Virus record (IMG/VR): IMGVR_UViG_3300020112_000604
Span: 119,721 to 183,720 of that record
DNA length: 64,000 nucleotides
Reading direction: 5' to 3' (one strand)
Source of the DNA: a virus
Lineage: Duplodnaviria > Caudoviricetes
A program made the position numbers and the translations under genes. The notes under the pieces were generated by a model. It was not told where the DNA came from. It saw only the letters and a program-made list of their open reading frames with translations, and did not search any database. How positions within the stretch are numbered: position 1 is the stretch's first letter; each line of letters starts with the position of its first letter. Positions 26,941 through 36,777 of this stretch are shown here, one piece after another.

Positions 26941-28710
26941 TTAGAGGTCTTCTGGTTCTGGTCCGTAAGATGTGTAGTTCACATCTGAAAGGATGAACTG
27001 GTTTGATGTGAAGATGAGCATAAGAATCTTTGAAATTGTCTTAAGGATGCAGATATCTGTTTCGATAGATGACAGCACCTTTCCGTCGAAGTCCTTAGTT
27101 CTGAGGTTGAATGGGCAACCCTTTTCAAGTGATTCGTTTGCGAGTTCTTCAGCCTTTGCATCGTCGCCGCTTACGGATGTGATGTAAAGTGCCTTTGTAA
27201 GTTCACGATAAGCAGTCTTAATGATACCGAGAATCTTCTGTGTTTCTTCATCATCAGAAGTTCTTTCTGTAACTGCACGGAATGCTTCGAAGTTAGCACC
27301 GAAACCTACACCGTACTGTGATGCTGAACGAGCGTTGAGTACTGCGTCATCAAGTGCGTCGAGTTCCATGTCTCTATCCTGTGCAGAGATACCGCCGTAT
27401 GAAATCTGAACCATACGTCCCTTAAGGCCGTTAATTCTCTTTTTATAATTGAAAGTATCTGTGAGTGGAGCACCGTCCTTAGACATTTCCGCATACTTAG
27501 CTTCGAGTTCACGGAGCTTGTTTGAGTATATATCTGTAGGTGTTCCATCTTCGTTGTACATGCATGCAGGTGAGTATGCCTTGCATGATGTGAATGTAGC
27601 TTCAACAGCTGCAGCATGACCTGCAAATGATCTGAAGTTAGCCTGTGTAACAGCCTTACCTGTCTTTTCCATGTACTTCTTGTTTTCGGGGTCAAGGTAC
27701 TTGCAGATGTGCTTACCGCCTGACATTGTGCAGAGGTCATCCATAGATGGCTTATCAACTGAAGTTACGTTTGGAATAAGGAGGAATGGAGGCTTCTGGT
27801 CGTAAGGGCAAGCAGCCATCATTTCTTCTACCTGTGCAAGGTATGCTGAATAGTCCGGTGTGAAGTGTGGGCAGATAACTACTGTAGGTGTGTACTTACG
27901 TTCAGCAAGAAGCTTTTCGCTAGGTGTCTTACCCGCAGCAATAAGTCTGTCGCATTCTGTCATTGCAGCGATTGGCTTAGCAATGTTTTCGTTGAATATA
28001 ATTTCGAATGTGTGAAGCTGTTCAGCATTGTCAATCGGATCATCAAAGAAGTAGATTTCCGGATTTTTGATTATGCATGTGTTTCCAGGTCCGTTTACGT
28101 ATACGCCGCTCTTGAAGCCTTCGAATATCATCATACCGTCAAAGTCAATGATTTCTGTTTTGCTGTCTGAAGAAGCGACTGTTTCGATAAGTACATCAAG
28201 ACCGTACTTGTCGTACTGATCCATGATAAGGTTAACGAGATCTTCTCTGCCGTTTGTTGAGATATAGCAGATGTCTCTGATGAGTTCCGGTGTAGCATCC
28301 TTGGCATTCTTCTTGATGTCTTCGCAAAGCATGTCGATTACTTCACCGAATTTTGTCATGATGCCCTGACGGTCGTATTCACGATCAGCCGGATACATCT
28401 TGTTGAGCTCGTTGAAGAGCAGATAAGAAAGCATTACGATTGAAGTTGTAGCATCGCCGACTACCTTAGCCTGCTGCTGACACTGTGAATCGATATCTGC
28501 TTTGATTGAGTTTTCAATTTCGCCGCTGAAATTAATCTCTCTTACTACAGAGAGACCATCCTTTGTGAACTTCGGGAACATGTTTGGCTTGTAAATGTTT
28601 GTAACAGAGCCATTCGGTCCGAATGTTCTTCTGAGTGCTTTGTACATCTCCTTGAGAGTTGCGAGCTGTACACTTCTTAATACTACTGGTCCTACAATAT
28701 TTGTTTTCAT
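26941..28710 (-). CDS. groEL: Phage GroEL-like chaperonin
   Basis: TFGPNG, TKDG, GDATTS, DDAV..A and GVGFG motifs; no GroES adjacent. Confidence 0.9.
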   Translation of the reverse strand: MKTNIVGPVVLRSVQLATLKEMYKALRRTFGPNGSVTNIYKPNMFPKFTKDGLSVVREINFSGEIENSIKADIDSQCQQQAKVVGDATTSIVMLSYLLFNELNKMYPADREYDRQGIMTKFGEVIDMLCEDIKKNAKDATPELIRDICYISTNGREDLVNLIMDQYDKYGLDVLIETVASSDSKTEIIDFDGMMIFEGFKSGVYVNGPGNTCIIKNPEIYFFDDPIDNAEQLHTFEIIFNENIAKPIAAMTECDRLIAAGKTPSEKLLAERKYTPTVVICPHFTPDYSAYLAQVEEMMAACPYDQKPPFLLIPNVTSVDKPSMDDLCTMSGGKHICKYLDPENKKYMEKTGKAVTQANFRSFAGHAAAVEATFTSCKAYSPACMYNEDGTPTDIYSNKLRELEAKYAEMSKDGAPLTDTFNYKKRINGLKGRMVQISYGGISAQDRDMELDALDDAVLNARSASQYGVGFGANFEAFRAVTERTSDDEETQKILGIIKTAYRELTKALYITSVSGDDAKAEELANESLEKGCPFNLRTKDFDGKVLSSIETDICILKTISKILMLIFTSNQFILSDVNYTSYGPEPEDL

Positions 28711-28738
28711 GTTTAGTCCTCCTATATATAATTTTATA

Positions 28739-28763
28739 TACTTAATAGTTATGAATGATGTAT
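28739..28763 (-). promoter_or_regulatory. Promoter ATACATC-N6-AACT-N6-TA
   Basis: ATACATC ATTCAT AACT ATTAAG TA. Confidence 0.55.
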
Positions 28764-28767
28764 TATT

Positions 28768-29628
28768 TTACTTGGCATATGCGTTGTATGAGCCAACCTG
28801 ACAGTTGAGTGTAACCATCGCGAATAACAGATTCTGATCGATATTAACGTAGTTTTCTTTCATCATATTCCTTGACCAGTTTGGAACAAGAATTGATGTA
28901 TTGGTTAAAACGTTAATATCTTCGCCATCTGCTACAAGTGACAGGCCATCCTTTAAATCGTCAATATTTTCGATGTAGACTTCGTCTGCTCCCGATATAT
29001 CGCCGATGAGAGTGGTCTTTCCCGACATCATCGTAGTAATTTGTGTATTACTATCGGGATATGTCTTTTTAAGTTCAGCAAGAACTCGGTTGAATACATC
29101 CGCCTTGATAGAAGCAATGTCGTTGTTTTCTGAACGACAAAGTATATCGATAGTAGCCGATGTTTCAGACACGAGCTTTTCAAAGAACGCGAAGATTGAT
29201 GTCTTAAAGAATGATGCCGATATAAGGACATCTCGCATAACCTTAACGTTATTGGTGATGTCGTAATACAGCTCATCAAGTTCTTCAGGGTCTGTAGAGA
29301 TATCGTAATTGCGTATCGGATTACGATTCTGTCTGTCTCCGAGTAATGCTCTAAACATTTCTGTATTAGGAGCATCAACGTGAGTAAGCTGCCATGCCCA
29401 GTGTGTCTTGTCGTTGGATACAGCTAAGGCTAAGTAAGAGCCTATAGCTACATCTATATCGAACAGACAATCAAAGTCCATGACGATATGTGTTGTTTTC
29501 GTAAATGCCATTTTAAACTCATCCTCCGTAGCGTTGAGATAATCTTCAATCTTAGCAGGTTTAGAATGAAGTCTAACCAACTTAAGGCTCTTCTCCGATA
29601 TCCTTAAGCTAAAATCTACGCTTTCCAT
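28768..29628 (-). CDS. Hypothetical protein, possible HAD-like fold
   Basis: IVMDFDCLFDID motif; function uncertain. Confidence 0.55.
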   Translation of the reverse strand: MESVDFSLRISEKSLKLVRLHSKPAKIEDYLNATEDEFKMAFTKTTHIVMDFDCLFDIDVAIGSYLALAVSNDKTHWAWQLTHVDAPNTEMFRALLGDRQNRNPIRNYDISTDPEELDELYYDITNNVKVMRDVLISASFFKTSIFAFFEKLVSETSATIDILCRSENNDIASIKADVFNRVLAELKKTYPDSNTQITTMMSGKTTLIGDISGADEVYIENIDDLKDGLSLVADGEDINVLTNTSILVPNWSRNMMKENYVNIDQNLLFAMVTLNCQVGSYNAYAK

Positions 29629-29640
29629 AAATAATCCTCC

Positions 29641-29826
29641 TTATTCGTTATCGTCGTCATTTCCGACGCACATACAAAGAAATATAAGCAACAGACATAA
29701 TCCGTATGCTAATATTCCTCTGAATGATAATAACACGGCTGTTGGTACAGTAAATACAAACCAGACTATCATAAGTCCGGCTATTATGACGAATTTACCT
29801 AAATCAGATTTAAAGAAACGTTTCAC
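29641..29826 (-). CDS. Small 2-TM membrane protein
   Basis: Two hydrophobic helices; GTG start. Confidence 0.6.
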   Translation of the reverse strand: MKRFFKSDLGKFVIIAGLMIVWFVFTVPTAVLLSFRGILAYGLCLLLIFLCMCVGNDDDNE

Positions 29827-29838
29827 ATATGACGCCCC

Positions 29839-30024
29839 CTATTCGGTTGCGGTCAAATGAAAACGAATTTCATCAATATCCGGGTTGGTTTCTTTCATGT
29901 GTTTTGACCATTCGGTAGCTTCTGTTCCTGATGTACACCGAAATGTTCCATATGTTATTGAACCGTTCTTTTTGATGTATTCGATGACATACACCAGCAC
30001 CTTATTTTCGTTTGAATCAGCCAT
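29839..30024 (-). CDS. Small hypothetical protein
   Basis: AGGAGG SD. Confidence 0.65.
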   Translation of the reverse strand: MADSNENKVLVYVIEYIKKNGSITYGTFRCTSGTEATEWSKHMKETNPDIDEIRFHLTATE

Positions 30025-30037
30025 GAATCATTCCTCC

Positions 30038-30181
30038 TTAACAAAATCTTACACCATAATCTTCCATGGACCAAACATCATTACCATACTTAATCTGCCC
30101 ATCTCTGATTACAAGCCATTCGTCCATTTCGCTTACAAGCACATTTTCTCCAGTCTTTTTATTGAATATTTCAAATCTCAT
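30038..30181 (-). CDS. Small hypothetical protein (start moved to 30181)
   Basis: AAGGAGG SD before MRFEIFNKKTG. Confidence 0.6.
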   Translation of the reverse strand: MRFEIFNKKTGENVLVSEMDEWLVIRDGQIKYGNDVWSMEDYGVRFC

Positions 30182-30198
30182 ATTCAATTCCTCCTTAA

Positions 30199-30256
30199 CA
30201 AAAAAAAATAATACGGTGACAGATGCTTGTGACATCCGTCACCATCCCGTATTATT
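30199..30256 (-). terminator. Intrinsic terminator
   Basis: GGTGACGGATG/CATCTGTCACC stem with outer pairing and a long T-run. Confidence 0.7.
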
Positions 30257-30274
30257 TTTTAGTTTCGGCCGCTG

Positions 30275-30490
30275 TTATTTTTTATTCTGGTCATCATATT
30301 CTTTTGCAACAGATTTGACGCCGATGGCTTCAAGTGTTGTTGAGATGATGCACATGATTACCAGTGCCCATGTGGATGATGTGTTTGGAATGCCAAGTTT
30401 AATAAGAATAGCAACTGCGATCCATATCGCTACATTCATCGGAATACTCCAACGACATGTTTTGAGAATGTACTTTGTTTTCTTACTCAT
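30275..30490 (-). CDS. Small 2-TM membrane protein
   Basis: GAGGAGG SD; two hydrophobic segments. Confidence 0.6.
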   Translation of the reverse strand: MSKKTKYILKTCRWSIPMNVAIWIAVAILIKLGIPNTSSTWALVIMCIISTTLEAIGVKSVAKEYDDQNKK

Positions 30491-30504
30491 AATGCATAGC
30501 CTCC

Positions 30505-30684
30505 TCACATCTTAGTACATGATAATGTACTTACGATTAGACATGCGAGCGATATTACTGATGCCGGGGTTTCAGGAAGGATACCCTTACATGCAGCAAA
30601 TACAGAAATAACCGACATCAGTATTGCAACTGATGCCAGAATAATCATTGAAGTTTTTGATGTTTCTTTCTTTGGCGTAGCCAT
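30505..30684 (-). CDS. Small 2-TM membrane protein (59 aa, not in ORF track)
   Basis: GGAGG SD; MATPKKETSKTSMIILASVAILMSVISVFAACKG... Confidence 0.65.
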   Translation of the reverse strand: MATPKKETSKTSMIILASVAILMSVISVFAACKGILPETPASVISLACLIVSTLSCTKM

Positions 30685-30687
30685 ATT

Positions 30688-30924
30688 TCATTCCTCCGTT
30701 TTATACGTGTTGTTGATTGCCTCAATAGCATCACAAAGTATGCACAGACATGCCAAGAAGACGATTCCGCATATAAAATAGCGGAACCATCCTGAATGAC
30801 ATTCTATTACACATACCTGAAATGTACCAATCATAATTCCTGAAAAGAATGCGTATGTCAGTACCTTAATGATTATTCTTTTTATTCTTTGCTTCAGTTT
30901 CTGCAGAGACTGGGAATGGGTCAT
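30688..30924 (-). CDS. Small 2-TM membrane protein
   Basis: Two hydrophobic segments; SD upstream. Confidence 0.6.
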   Translation of the reverse strand: MTHSQSLQKLKQRIKRIIIKVLTYAFFSGIMIGTFQVCVIECHSGWFRYFICGIVFLACLCILCDAIEAINNTYKTEE

Positions 30925-31195
30925 TAGTCATCATCCTCCTATCATCCTTGTCATCCGAAAATCCTTCTGTAATTCTGATCATGTCGTCGAAGAGCTTGTG
31001 TCTTGCTTCAACGTTGTTTACAGCTGCCTTGAATGTCTTGTCATCATTCGGTGTCATAAATTCGTTAAGCAGATTGTAGAGAATAAGGGTTCCCACAAGC
31101 ACACAAACGAATCCTATGATTGACTGCGGGTCAAAGATAAGAGCTATTGTGATTGCGATTGCTGCTGATGCTGAATTCTTAACAAACTTTCTCAT
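30866..31195 (-). CDS. Membrane protein (2 TM)
   Basis: GGGAGG SD; N-terminal hydrophobic hairpin. Confidence 0.65.
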   Translation of the reverse strand: MRKFVKNSASAAIAITIALIFDPQSIIGFVCVLVGTLILYNLLNEFMTPNDDKTFKAAVNNVEARHKLFDDMIRITEGFSDDKDDRRMMTNDPFPVSAETEAKNKKNNH

Positions 31196-31210
31196 TGTTA
31201 TTTCCTCCCA

Positions 31211-32077
31211 TTATTCAAAAGATGCTTCTCTTACAACTGGAATAGCGTCTTCTGGTATTATATTCCAATCTTCTTCATGCCAGATGATTTCGCCATTTTC
31301 GTCAAATTCGAAAACGTCTTCACCAACGACTCTTGTATATGCAACTTCAGGTTCCTTCTCAACTTCAGCTTCTGTTACCAGAGCTGTCTCGATTTCTTCA
31401 ACCTCAACTTCAGTTACCGGAGCTACTTCTGTTTCTTCAACTTCAGATTCAACAGTTTCTTCAGCTGCTGCGTCTTCTGTTGTACATGTTGTCATCTTGG
31501 TAATAAAGTTATTACCAACTGGTTCGGATACCTTGTTGTTACCACCAACGTCTCCGAATTCTCTGAATCGTACCTGAGGTTCTTCTGGTGATTCAGTTGT
31601 TATGGATTCCACAGTCTCATCAATAGATGCCTGGATTCCTCTCTGAATCATACCTCCAGTCTGGTAGTCCTTAACCATTATACCAAGGACTACCATTCCT
31701 ACCCACATAGCTAACCAAGGCCAAGCCTCGCTTGACTTGCAGCCTTCGCTGTGATTCTTCTTATCAACCATCATCGCATTCTTTGTGTTGTTCGCGATGA
31801 GAAGTAATATACCGAGCGGAGTGATTGCGATTTCAGTTAAGATAACGAGAAGCCATACAAGCCCAAGTGTGCCGCGCTTACGTACTTTATCGCGTGAAAA
31901 CTCTGTAGCGGCTTCATGTGACTCGTCAAAAGGCTTAGGCCAATTCCAAATTGTTTTTCTTAAACGTCTCCACTTTTCCGGAGTACCAACAAGTTTTGAC
32001 TGGTACTTCTGTGGCTTTGTTGGTGCTGGTGTTGTTTCCTTTGTACTTCCAAATCCAAGTAAGTTTCTGATATTCAT
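31211..32077 (-). CDS. Membrane protein with acidic C-terminal region
   Basis: Two TM segments; Glu-rich tail. Confidence 0.7.
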   Translation of the reverse strand: MNIRNLLGFGSTKETTPAPTKPQKYQSKLVGTPEKWRRLRKTIWNWPKPFDESHEAATEFSRDKVRKRGTLGLVWLLVILTEIAITPLGILLLIANNTKNAMMVDKKNHSEGCKSSEAWPWLAMWVGMVVLGIMVKDYQTGGMIQRGIQASIDETVESITTESPEEPQVRFREFGDVGGNNKVSEPVGNNFITKMTTCTTEDAAAEETVESEVEETEVAPVTEVEVEEIETALVTEAEVEKEPEVAYTRVVGEDVFEFDENGEIIWHEEDWNIIPEDAIPVVREASFE

Positions 32078-32112
32078 AATTTTTCCTCCTCATACGTTGA
32101 GTTCTTTTCTTC

Positions 32113-33330
32113 TTATCTTACGAACGCTTCCCATGATTCTGGGATAGGTTCATACTGCCCGCTGTTTCCGGTGAGATTTACTAAGCCATTGTAAGCCTTA
32201 GCGAAATCCGGGAACAGTGTTATTATTAATTCTTCATCAGAGTTTGATTCAATCAAGCTCTTCATGTTTGTGATTGGACGAATGTTTGATGACTCGCCTA
32301 ATCCGGTTTTGTAAATGTCCATACCGTTTGTGATGATTTTCATAAGTTCGTCGTTAACCGGATTGGCAACTTCCGGAACGATCGACTGAGGTTCTGGTTC
32401 TGGTACGAATGGTTCTTCAAACGCAGCTTCAGTTGTTTCCTCAGGTGTTGTTTCTTCGATAGTAGCTTCTTCTGTCATTGGGGTATCTCCTCCGTCGACG
32501 GAATCGATTCCACTATCTTCTGAAGTGTTATCCTGAACCGCCTCCACATTCTCCTCTTCTGGACGAATGTCAGGCTCTTTAATATTAGCTTCTTCACCCT
32601 CACCATAGTCTGATGAATCGGCCTCGTCTGCCGATTTGTCTGAGGGTGTTGTCTTGTCAAAGAAGGCGTCGTCCTTGTTGTTTGTATAAAACTTTTCCGG
32701 AAGACCAAATCCTGCTGCTCCGCTTCTGAATGTCTGTGCGATACTTTCAACTTCCCATACAAACAAGTCGTTGTACTGGGTGAACTGATTATCGACAAGC
32801 GTCTTTGTCATGATGACTCCGATTGAGATGTCCTGAATGTCGTCAACCCCAAACAGAGTGCAGGTTCTGTTGACGAGAGATTTGCAGAGTCCGTATTCTG
32901 GTCCTGCACAAATGTGCCACCAGAATGTCTCGTTACTTGTGACGTCCTGGATGACACGTACGGCATCCGATACACGTTTAAAATTACATGTCTGAATCGA
33001 ATTAAAATCGAAATCAGACATCTGAAGCTCATATGTGAATTCATCTTCCGGCTGTTCTATTGATTCGGAAACGCGTGCTTCCGCATCATAGAAAGCTGTC
33101 TCAAAATCTGAGTCTTCATCTTTCTTGTCGTTTGTTAACTGTGAGAATGCGTCTGCAACAGCCTCAAAGGCTGCTACAGTACGGATACCCTTTACGTTAA
33201 AGGTGTTGCTGATGTTGTTCAGCACACCTCCAAGTCTCTTGAGTTTTTTGTGAACCTCTTCCGGTGTTCTCTTATCAACATCGAGTTCGAGTATTTCTGC
33301 AATTTTCTTAAGCTGGTCTGACTTAGTCAT
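32113..33330 (-). CDS. Acidic hypothetical early protein
   Basis: 405 aa; SD present. Confidence 0.7.
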   Translation of the reverse strand: MTKSDQLKKIAEILELDVDKRTPEEVHKKLKRLGGVLNNISNTFNVKGIRTVAAFEAVADAFSQLTNDKKDEDSDFETAFYDAEARVSESIEQPEDEFTYELQMSDFDFNSIQTCNFKRVSDAVRVIQDVTSNETFWWHICAGPEYGLCKSLVNRTCTLFGVDDIQDISIGVIMTKTLVDNQFTQYNDLFVWEVESIAQTFRSGAAGFGLPEKFYTNNKDDAFFDKTTPSDKSADEADSSDYGEGEEANIKEPDIRPEEENVEAVQDNTSEDSGIDSVDGGDTPMTEEATIEETTPEETTEAAFEEPFVPEPEPQSIVPEVANPVNDELMKIITNGMDIYKTGLGESSNIRPITNMKSLIESNSDEELIITLFPDFAKAYNGLVNLTGNSGQYEPIPESWEAFVR

Positions 33331-33351
33331 AAGTATAACTTCCTTTCCTTA

Positions 33352-35088
33352 TTAAGCCTTGAGGTCATCTGCTGTGATAACCTTCCATGAATGATTTCTG
33401 AAATCTGCTTCTACACTATCCTGATTCATGATATTGATATTAGCAAAGATTTCGTCTACTGATGCCTTTGGATGATCGAGAATCCACTGCTGTGAATCAC
33501 TATTGCATCCCGCATTGATGTAGCAGCGTGTGTAAAGGATGATTGCATCCTCATCTGTAACGCCGGCTTCCTGAGCTTTCTTGATTGCTCGTGAGATTAC
33601 ATTACAATCGAATCTCCACTGTGTATCAACAGCCCAATCCTGAATAAGAAGTTCTGATATGAATCTTTCATCATCAGTGCCTTCTACAAGATAGAAGTTT
33701 TCCCAATAGTCATCAAGTTCTGGATCTGAGAATCCAGTATACTTAGCGAGTATTGAATTGAATCCTTCAGGGTTCTCGTCTCTTATCTGTTCGATAAGTT
33801 CTCTTCCGAGTTCTCCTCTAGCCTGAATTGCACCGAGTGAGCATGCACCGTTGTCATTCAGGTTTATAGTGTTGGCCTTTCCATAGGCGCCGATTTCAAA
33901 CCATTTGTTAAATGAGAGACACTTCTGAATAAGTTCCATCGATGGTTCAGAAACGGATCCGGTGTTGGATCCGGCTGAACTGGGTGTAACGTTTTCAGGT
34001 TTTACAGGTCCAACCATTTCTTCTGGTTCTGGTTCTGTGTTGACATATACCATTCCATATTCGTTAGGAATGTCTATGCCGATTTCAGGGTCGAGACAAT
34101 TTACCGGACAACCGTTGTCTCTGATTTCATAGTGACAGTGGTCACCTGTTGATGAACCGGTAGTTCCTTCGTAGCCAATCTTCTGTCCCGCTTCTACGTA
34201 ATCGCCTTCTGATACGTAGATTTCAGACATATGACCATAGTAGTACCAGTAGCCGTTATCTCCAACGATCTTTACATACTGACCGAATCCCTGATATGGG
34301 TCGTAAGGGTTTTCCCAGTCAGCATATTCTACATATCCTGGATGTGTTGCAAAGATTGTGTAGTCGCCCTGTGAGCACAGGTCAACTCCCCAATGGTAGA
34401 TATTGTCTCCTCTGTATTCACCATAGATTGATGATACATAGAAGTCGCAATTGAAAGGCATCTGAGTCTTGCACTCTCTTGAGTCAGTTGCTTTGCCGCC
34501 GCCATCATTAGATGTCTCTAACGTAACTGTATAGATTGCATCTTCTGACAGGACATATTCTTTACCCTTAGTATCTATAAATACCATATCCGAAATACTG
34601 AGGCTTGTACCTGTGCACCATGTAAATTCAAGTGTCATGGTATTGTCATCATCGACCCACATGTTAAGTGGTGATGACTTGGTTCCGATTGAATATGTAG
34701 TCCTTACGGACTGTTTACCTGCGACTTCTTTGTAATCTTTGCTGTCTACAGGAACACAATCGCAGAATGTTCTTGTAGCTTCTTCAGAGTTCTTATCTTC
34801 ATATGTAAGGATACCCTGTGTACAGAATGCCTTATATTCAGGAAGTTCTGATGTGTTGACATCACAAGTGAACTTGATGCTTGCGATATCGATAGGTTTC
34901 GGATTTGCTGTTGGACATATTCCGCCAGTTGCGAAGAATGCCTCGTCAAGATCGATTACTAATGGATAGTATCCAATTTCTCCATCCATGTATTCACTAC
35001 TTCCGTTGTAGTTACATACGTTGGATATCATTGTTAATCCCGTGATAGCTGCTGTTACCACACTAATTCTGTTCTTTGTTACTGCCAT
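33352..35088 (-). CDS. Secreted M23 peptidase with C-terminal lysozyme-like domain
   Basis: Signal-like N-terminus; HWGVD, YGHM and HCHYE M23 motifs; FEIG...NDNGACSLGAIQ glycosidase-like motif. Confidence 0.85.
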   Translation of the reverse strand: MAVTKNRISVVTAAITGLTMISNVCNYNGSSEYMDGEIGYYPLVIDLDEAFFATGGICPTANPKPIDIASIKFTCDVNTSELPEYKAFCTQGILTYEDKNSEEATRTFCDCVPVDSKDYKEVAGKQSVRTTYSIGTKSSPLNMWVDDDNTMTLEFTWCTGTSLSISDMVFIDTKGKEYVLSEDAIYTVTLETSNDGGGKATDSRECKTQMPFNCDFYVSSIYGEYRGDNIYHWGVDLCSQGDYTIFATHPGYVEYADWENPYDPYQGFGQYVKIVGDNGYWYYYGHMSEIYVSEGDYVEAGQKIGYEGTTGSSTGDHCHYEIRDNGCPVNCLDPEIGIDIPNEYGMVYVNTEPEPEEMVGPVKPENVTPSSAGSNTGSVSEPSMELIQKCLSFNKWFEIGAYGKANTINLNDNGACSLGAIQARGELGRELIEQIRDENPEGFNSILAKYTGFSDPELDDYWENFYLVEGTDDERFISELLIQDWAVDTQWRFDCNVISRAIKKAQEAGVTDEDAIILYTRCYINAGCNSDSQQWILDHPKASVDEIFANINIMNQDSVEADFRNHSWKVITADDLKA

Positions 35089-35162
35089 GATTTGGCCCTC
35101 CTTGATAAAAATGATTTAGATTATAGTGCATATGCGATTTCCTTGAACACATATACACTGTA

Positions 35163-35188
35163 ATAATATACAAATGAAATTTTGACAT
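35163..35188 (-). promoter_or_regulatory. Early-type promoter
   Basis: GTCAAAATTTCATTTGTATATTAT. Confidence 0.7.
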
Positions 35189-35248
35189 GAAAAATAAATT
35201 CCCCATAAGGGGAGGCCATCGGAAACAATTCCGATGACCTTTGTTTTA

Positions 35249-35608
35249 TTACATATTCTTTGATGTAAGGATACCCAAATTAGTACCTCTTACATCCGCA
35301 CTGTTATGTTCGAATACAGATTTGTCGTCATATGCATCAGTTGTATTGTTGTTTACAATCTTTCTGAGCATTTCAGTCATCGTTTCAGAATTAGTGTATG
35401 TATTGATACGCAGCTCAGCAGCCTTTTGAACAAACTTCATAGCCACGTCCGTAAACTTACGACAATTCTCGAAATCGATGATGAGAGCTTTGACATCAGA
35501 TGTCAAGAAACGTAAATGCTCTGGATTACTGATATTGGCACTGATTCTGATGAATGGTTTTGACTTAAGGTTTTCCATTGTTCTGCCATTGATAAGTGAA
35601 ATATTCAT
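35249..35608 (-). CDS. Hypothetical protein (start moved to 35608)
   Basis: AAAGGAAG SD. Confidence 0.6.
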   Translation of the reverse strand: MNISLINGRTMENLKSKPFIRISANISNPEHLRFLTSDVKALIIDFENCRKFTDVAMKFVQKAAELRINTYTNSETMTEMLRKIVNNNTTDAYDDKSVFEHNSADVRGTNLGILTSKNM

Positions 35609-35637
35609 ATTGAAACTTCCTTTCTTAACCTGCAGAT

Positions 35638-36183
35638 TTATCTGCATGAAGTTGAACCAAATCCTCCGACTCTTGATGCTGTTACCGCGAACTCGTCAAC
35701 ACAAAATACTTCTTCGAAGACACCCTGGCAAATAGGTTCGTTAACTTCGAATGACTTGTGTTCTTCAAGTCCATTAGGTGTTAAGCAGATGTAGATATGA
35801 CCTTCGTTATCCGCATCAGCATAATCGCTATCTACAATTCCTGTAGAATTCGATAATACCCATCCTTTCTTTGTACCAGTGCTGCTTCTTACGAAAAGCT
35901 TAAGTACGAAGAGTCTTAAATTGCCCATAGAATCTGTAACAGGATACGGAACAAATCTGAGTCCTGTCGGGAGTTTAATCTGACCCTTAACCATCATGCC
36001 TGGGTAAACGTCATATGGAACCGCAATGTCGTAACCTGCTGAACCAGCTGTTGCTCTTGTCGGAATTACGATGCTATCGTATTCCTGACGAATTCTTCCA
36101 TCAGTGATGCTAGGGTCCATCTTTCTTCTTGCTTTCTTGTACTCATTAAGAGTAACCTTTTCAAATCTTCCTACACTAATCAT
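35638..36183 (-). CDS. dut: Trimeric dUTPase
   Basis: All five motifs: AGYD, RSS, GIVDSDY, Q, RVGGFGST. Confidence 0.95.
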   Translation of the reverse strand: MISVGRFEKVTLNEYKKARRKMDPSITDGRIRQEYDSIVIPTRATAGSAGYDIAVPYDVYPGMMVKGQIKLPTGLRFVPYPVTDSMGNLRLFVLKLFVRSSTGTKKGWVLSNSTGIVDSDYADADNEGHIYICLTPNGLEEHKSFEVNEPICQGVFEEVFCVDEFAVTASRVGGFGSTSCR

Positions 36184-36196
36184 GGTTTAGTCCTCC

Positions 36197-36751
36197 TTAA
36201 AATGGTATACGGAATTCATCGGGTATCTTGGCAATCTCCACTCTAGGGATTCCTGTACCAAAGTACCCACGGTCGGTTAATAAATCTGTCAGGTCTTTTA
36301 CAAAGTACCCGAAGATATACGGTAATGCAAATGATGGGTGTAAATTAGAATCTCTCTGTTCAATCAGTTTATGATAGTACTGAATGGCAGGTGAATCCTT
36401 ATTACCCAGGTCGCTGTAATCAAGCATCGTATCTAACAGATTAGGATAATCCCAATAGTCTGTTAAAAACTTTTCGATTGACTCAGACATGTCATCTGTA
36501 ATCTGTGCACACAGATTACCAATTTTGTAATAGCACGTCTTATCCCAATGCATCTGTGCTTCACTACGTTCTGCCATAGATGATGAGTAGCTATAGAATG
36601 TTTCGGGATATTCAGATGCTAAACGAATCGATGCAGATTCGCTCATTGCTGAGATTAGAAATTCTACAATATCAACCTCGGTGAGATCGACGTCAATTTT
36701 ACAGTGGTTCATAAGGTGATCCACTAAATAAAAATATTCCGGACAGATCAT
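36197..36751 (-). CDS. Hypothetical early protein
   Basis: AAGGAGG SD; first gene after an early promoter. Confidence 0.7.
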   Translation of the reverse strand: MICPEYFYLVDHLMNHCKIDVDLTEVDIVEFLISAMSESASIRLASEYPETFYSYSSSMAERSEAQMHWDKTCYYKIGNLCAQITDDMSESIEKFLTDYWDYPNLLDTMLDYSDLGNKDSPAIQYYHKLIEQRDSNLHPSFALPYIFGYFVKDLTDLLTDRGYFGTGIPRVEIAKIPDEFRIPF

Positions 36752-36777
36752 AATTCAATCGTCCTCCTTTCACTATT

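Noticed and set aside
30253-30264. AACT-N6-TA directly before the 30199-30256 terminator
   Set aside because: It overlaps the A-rich arm of the hairpin and is likely chance.
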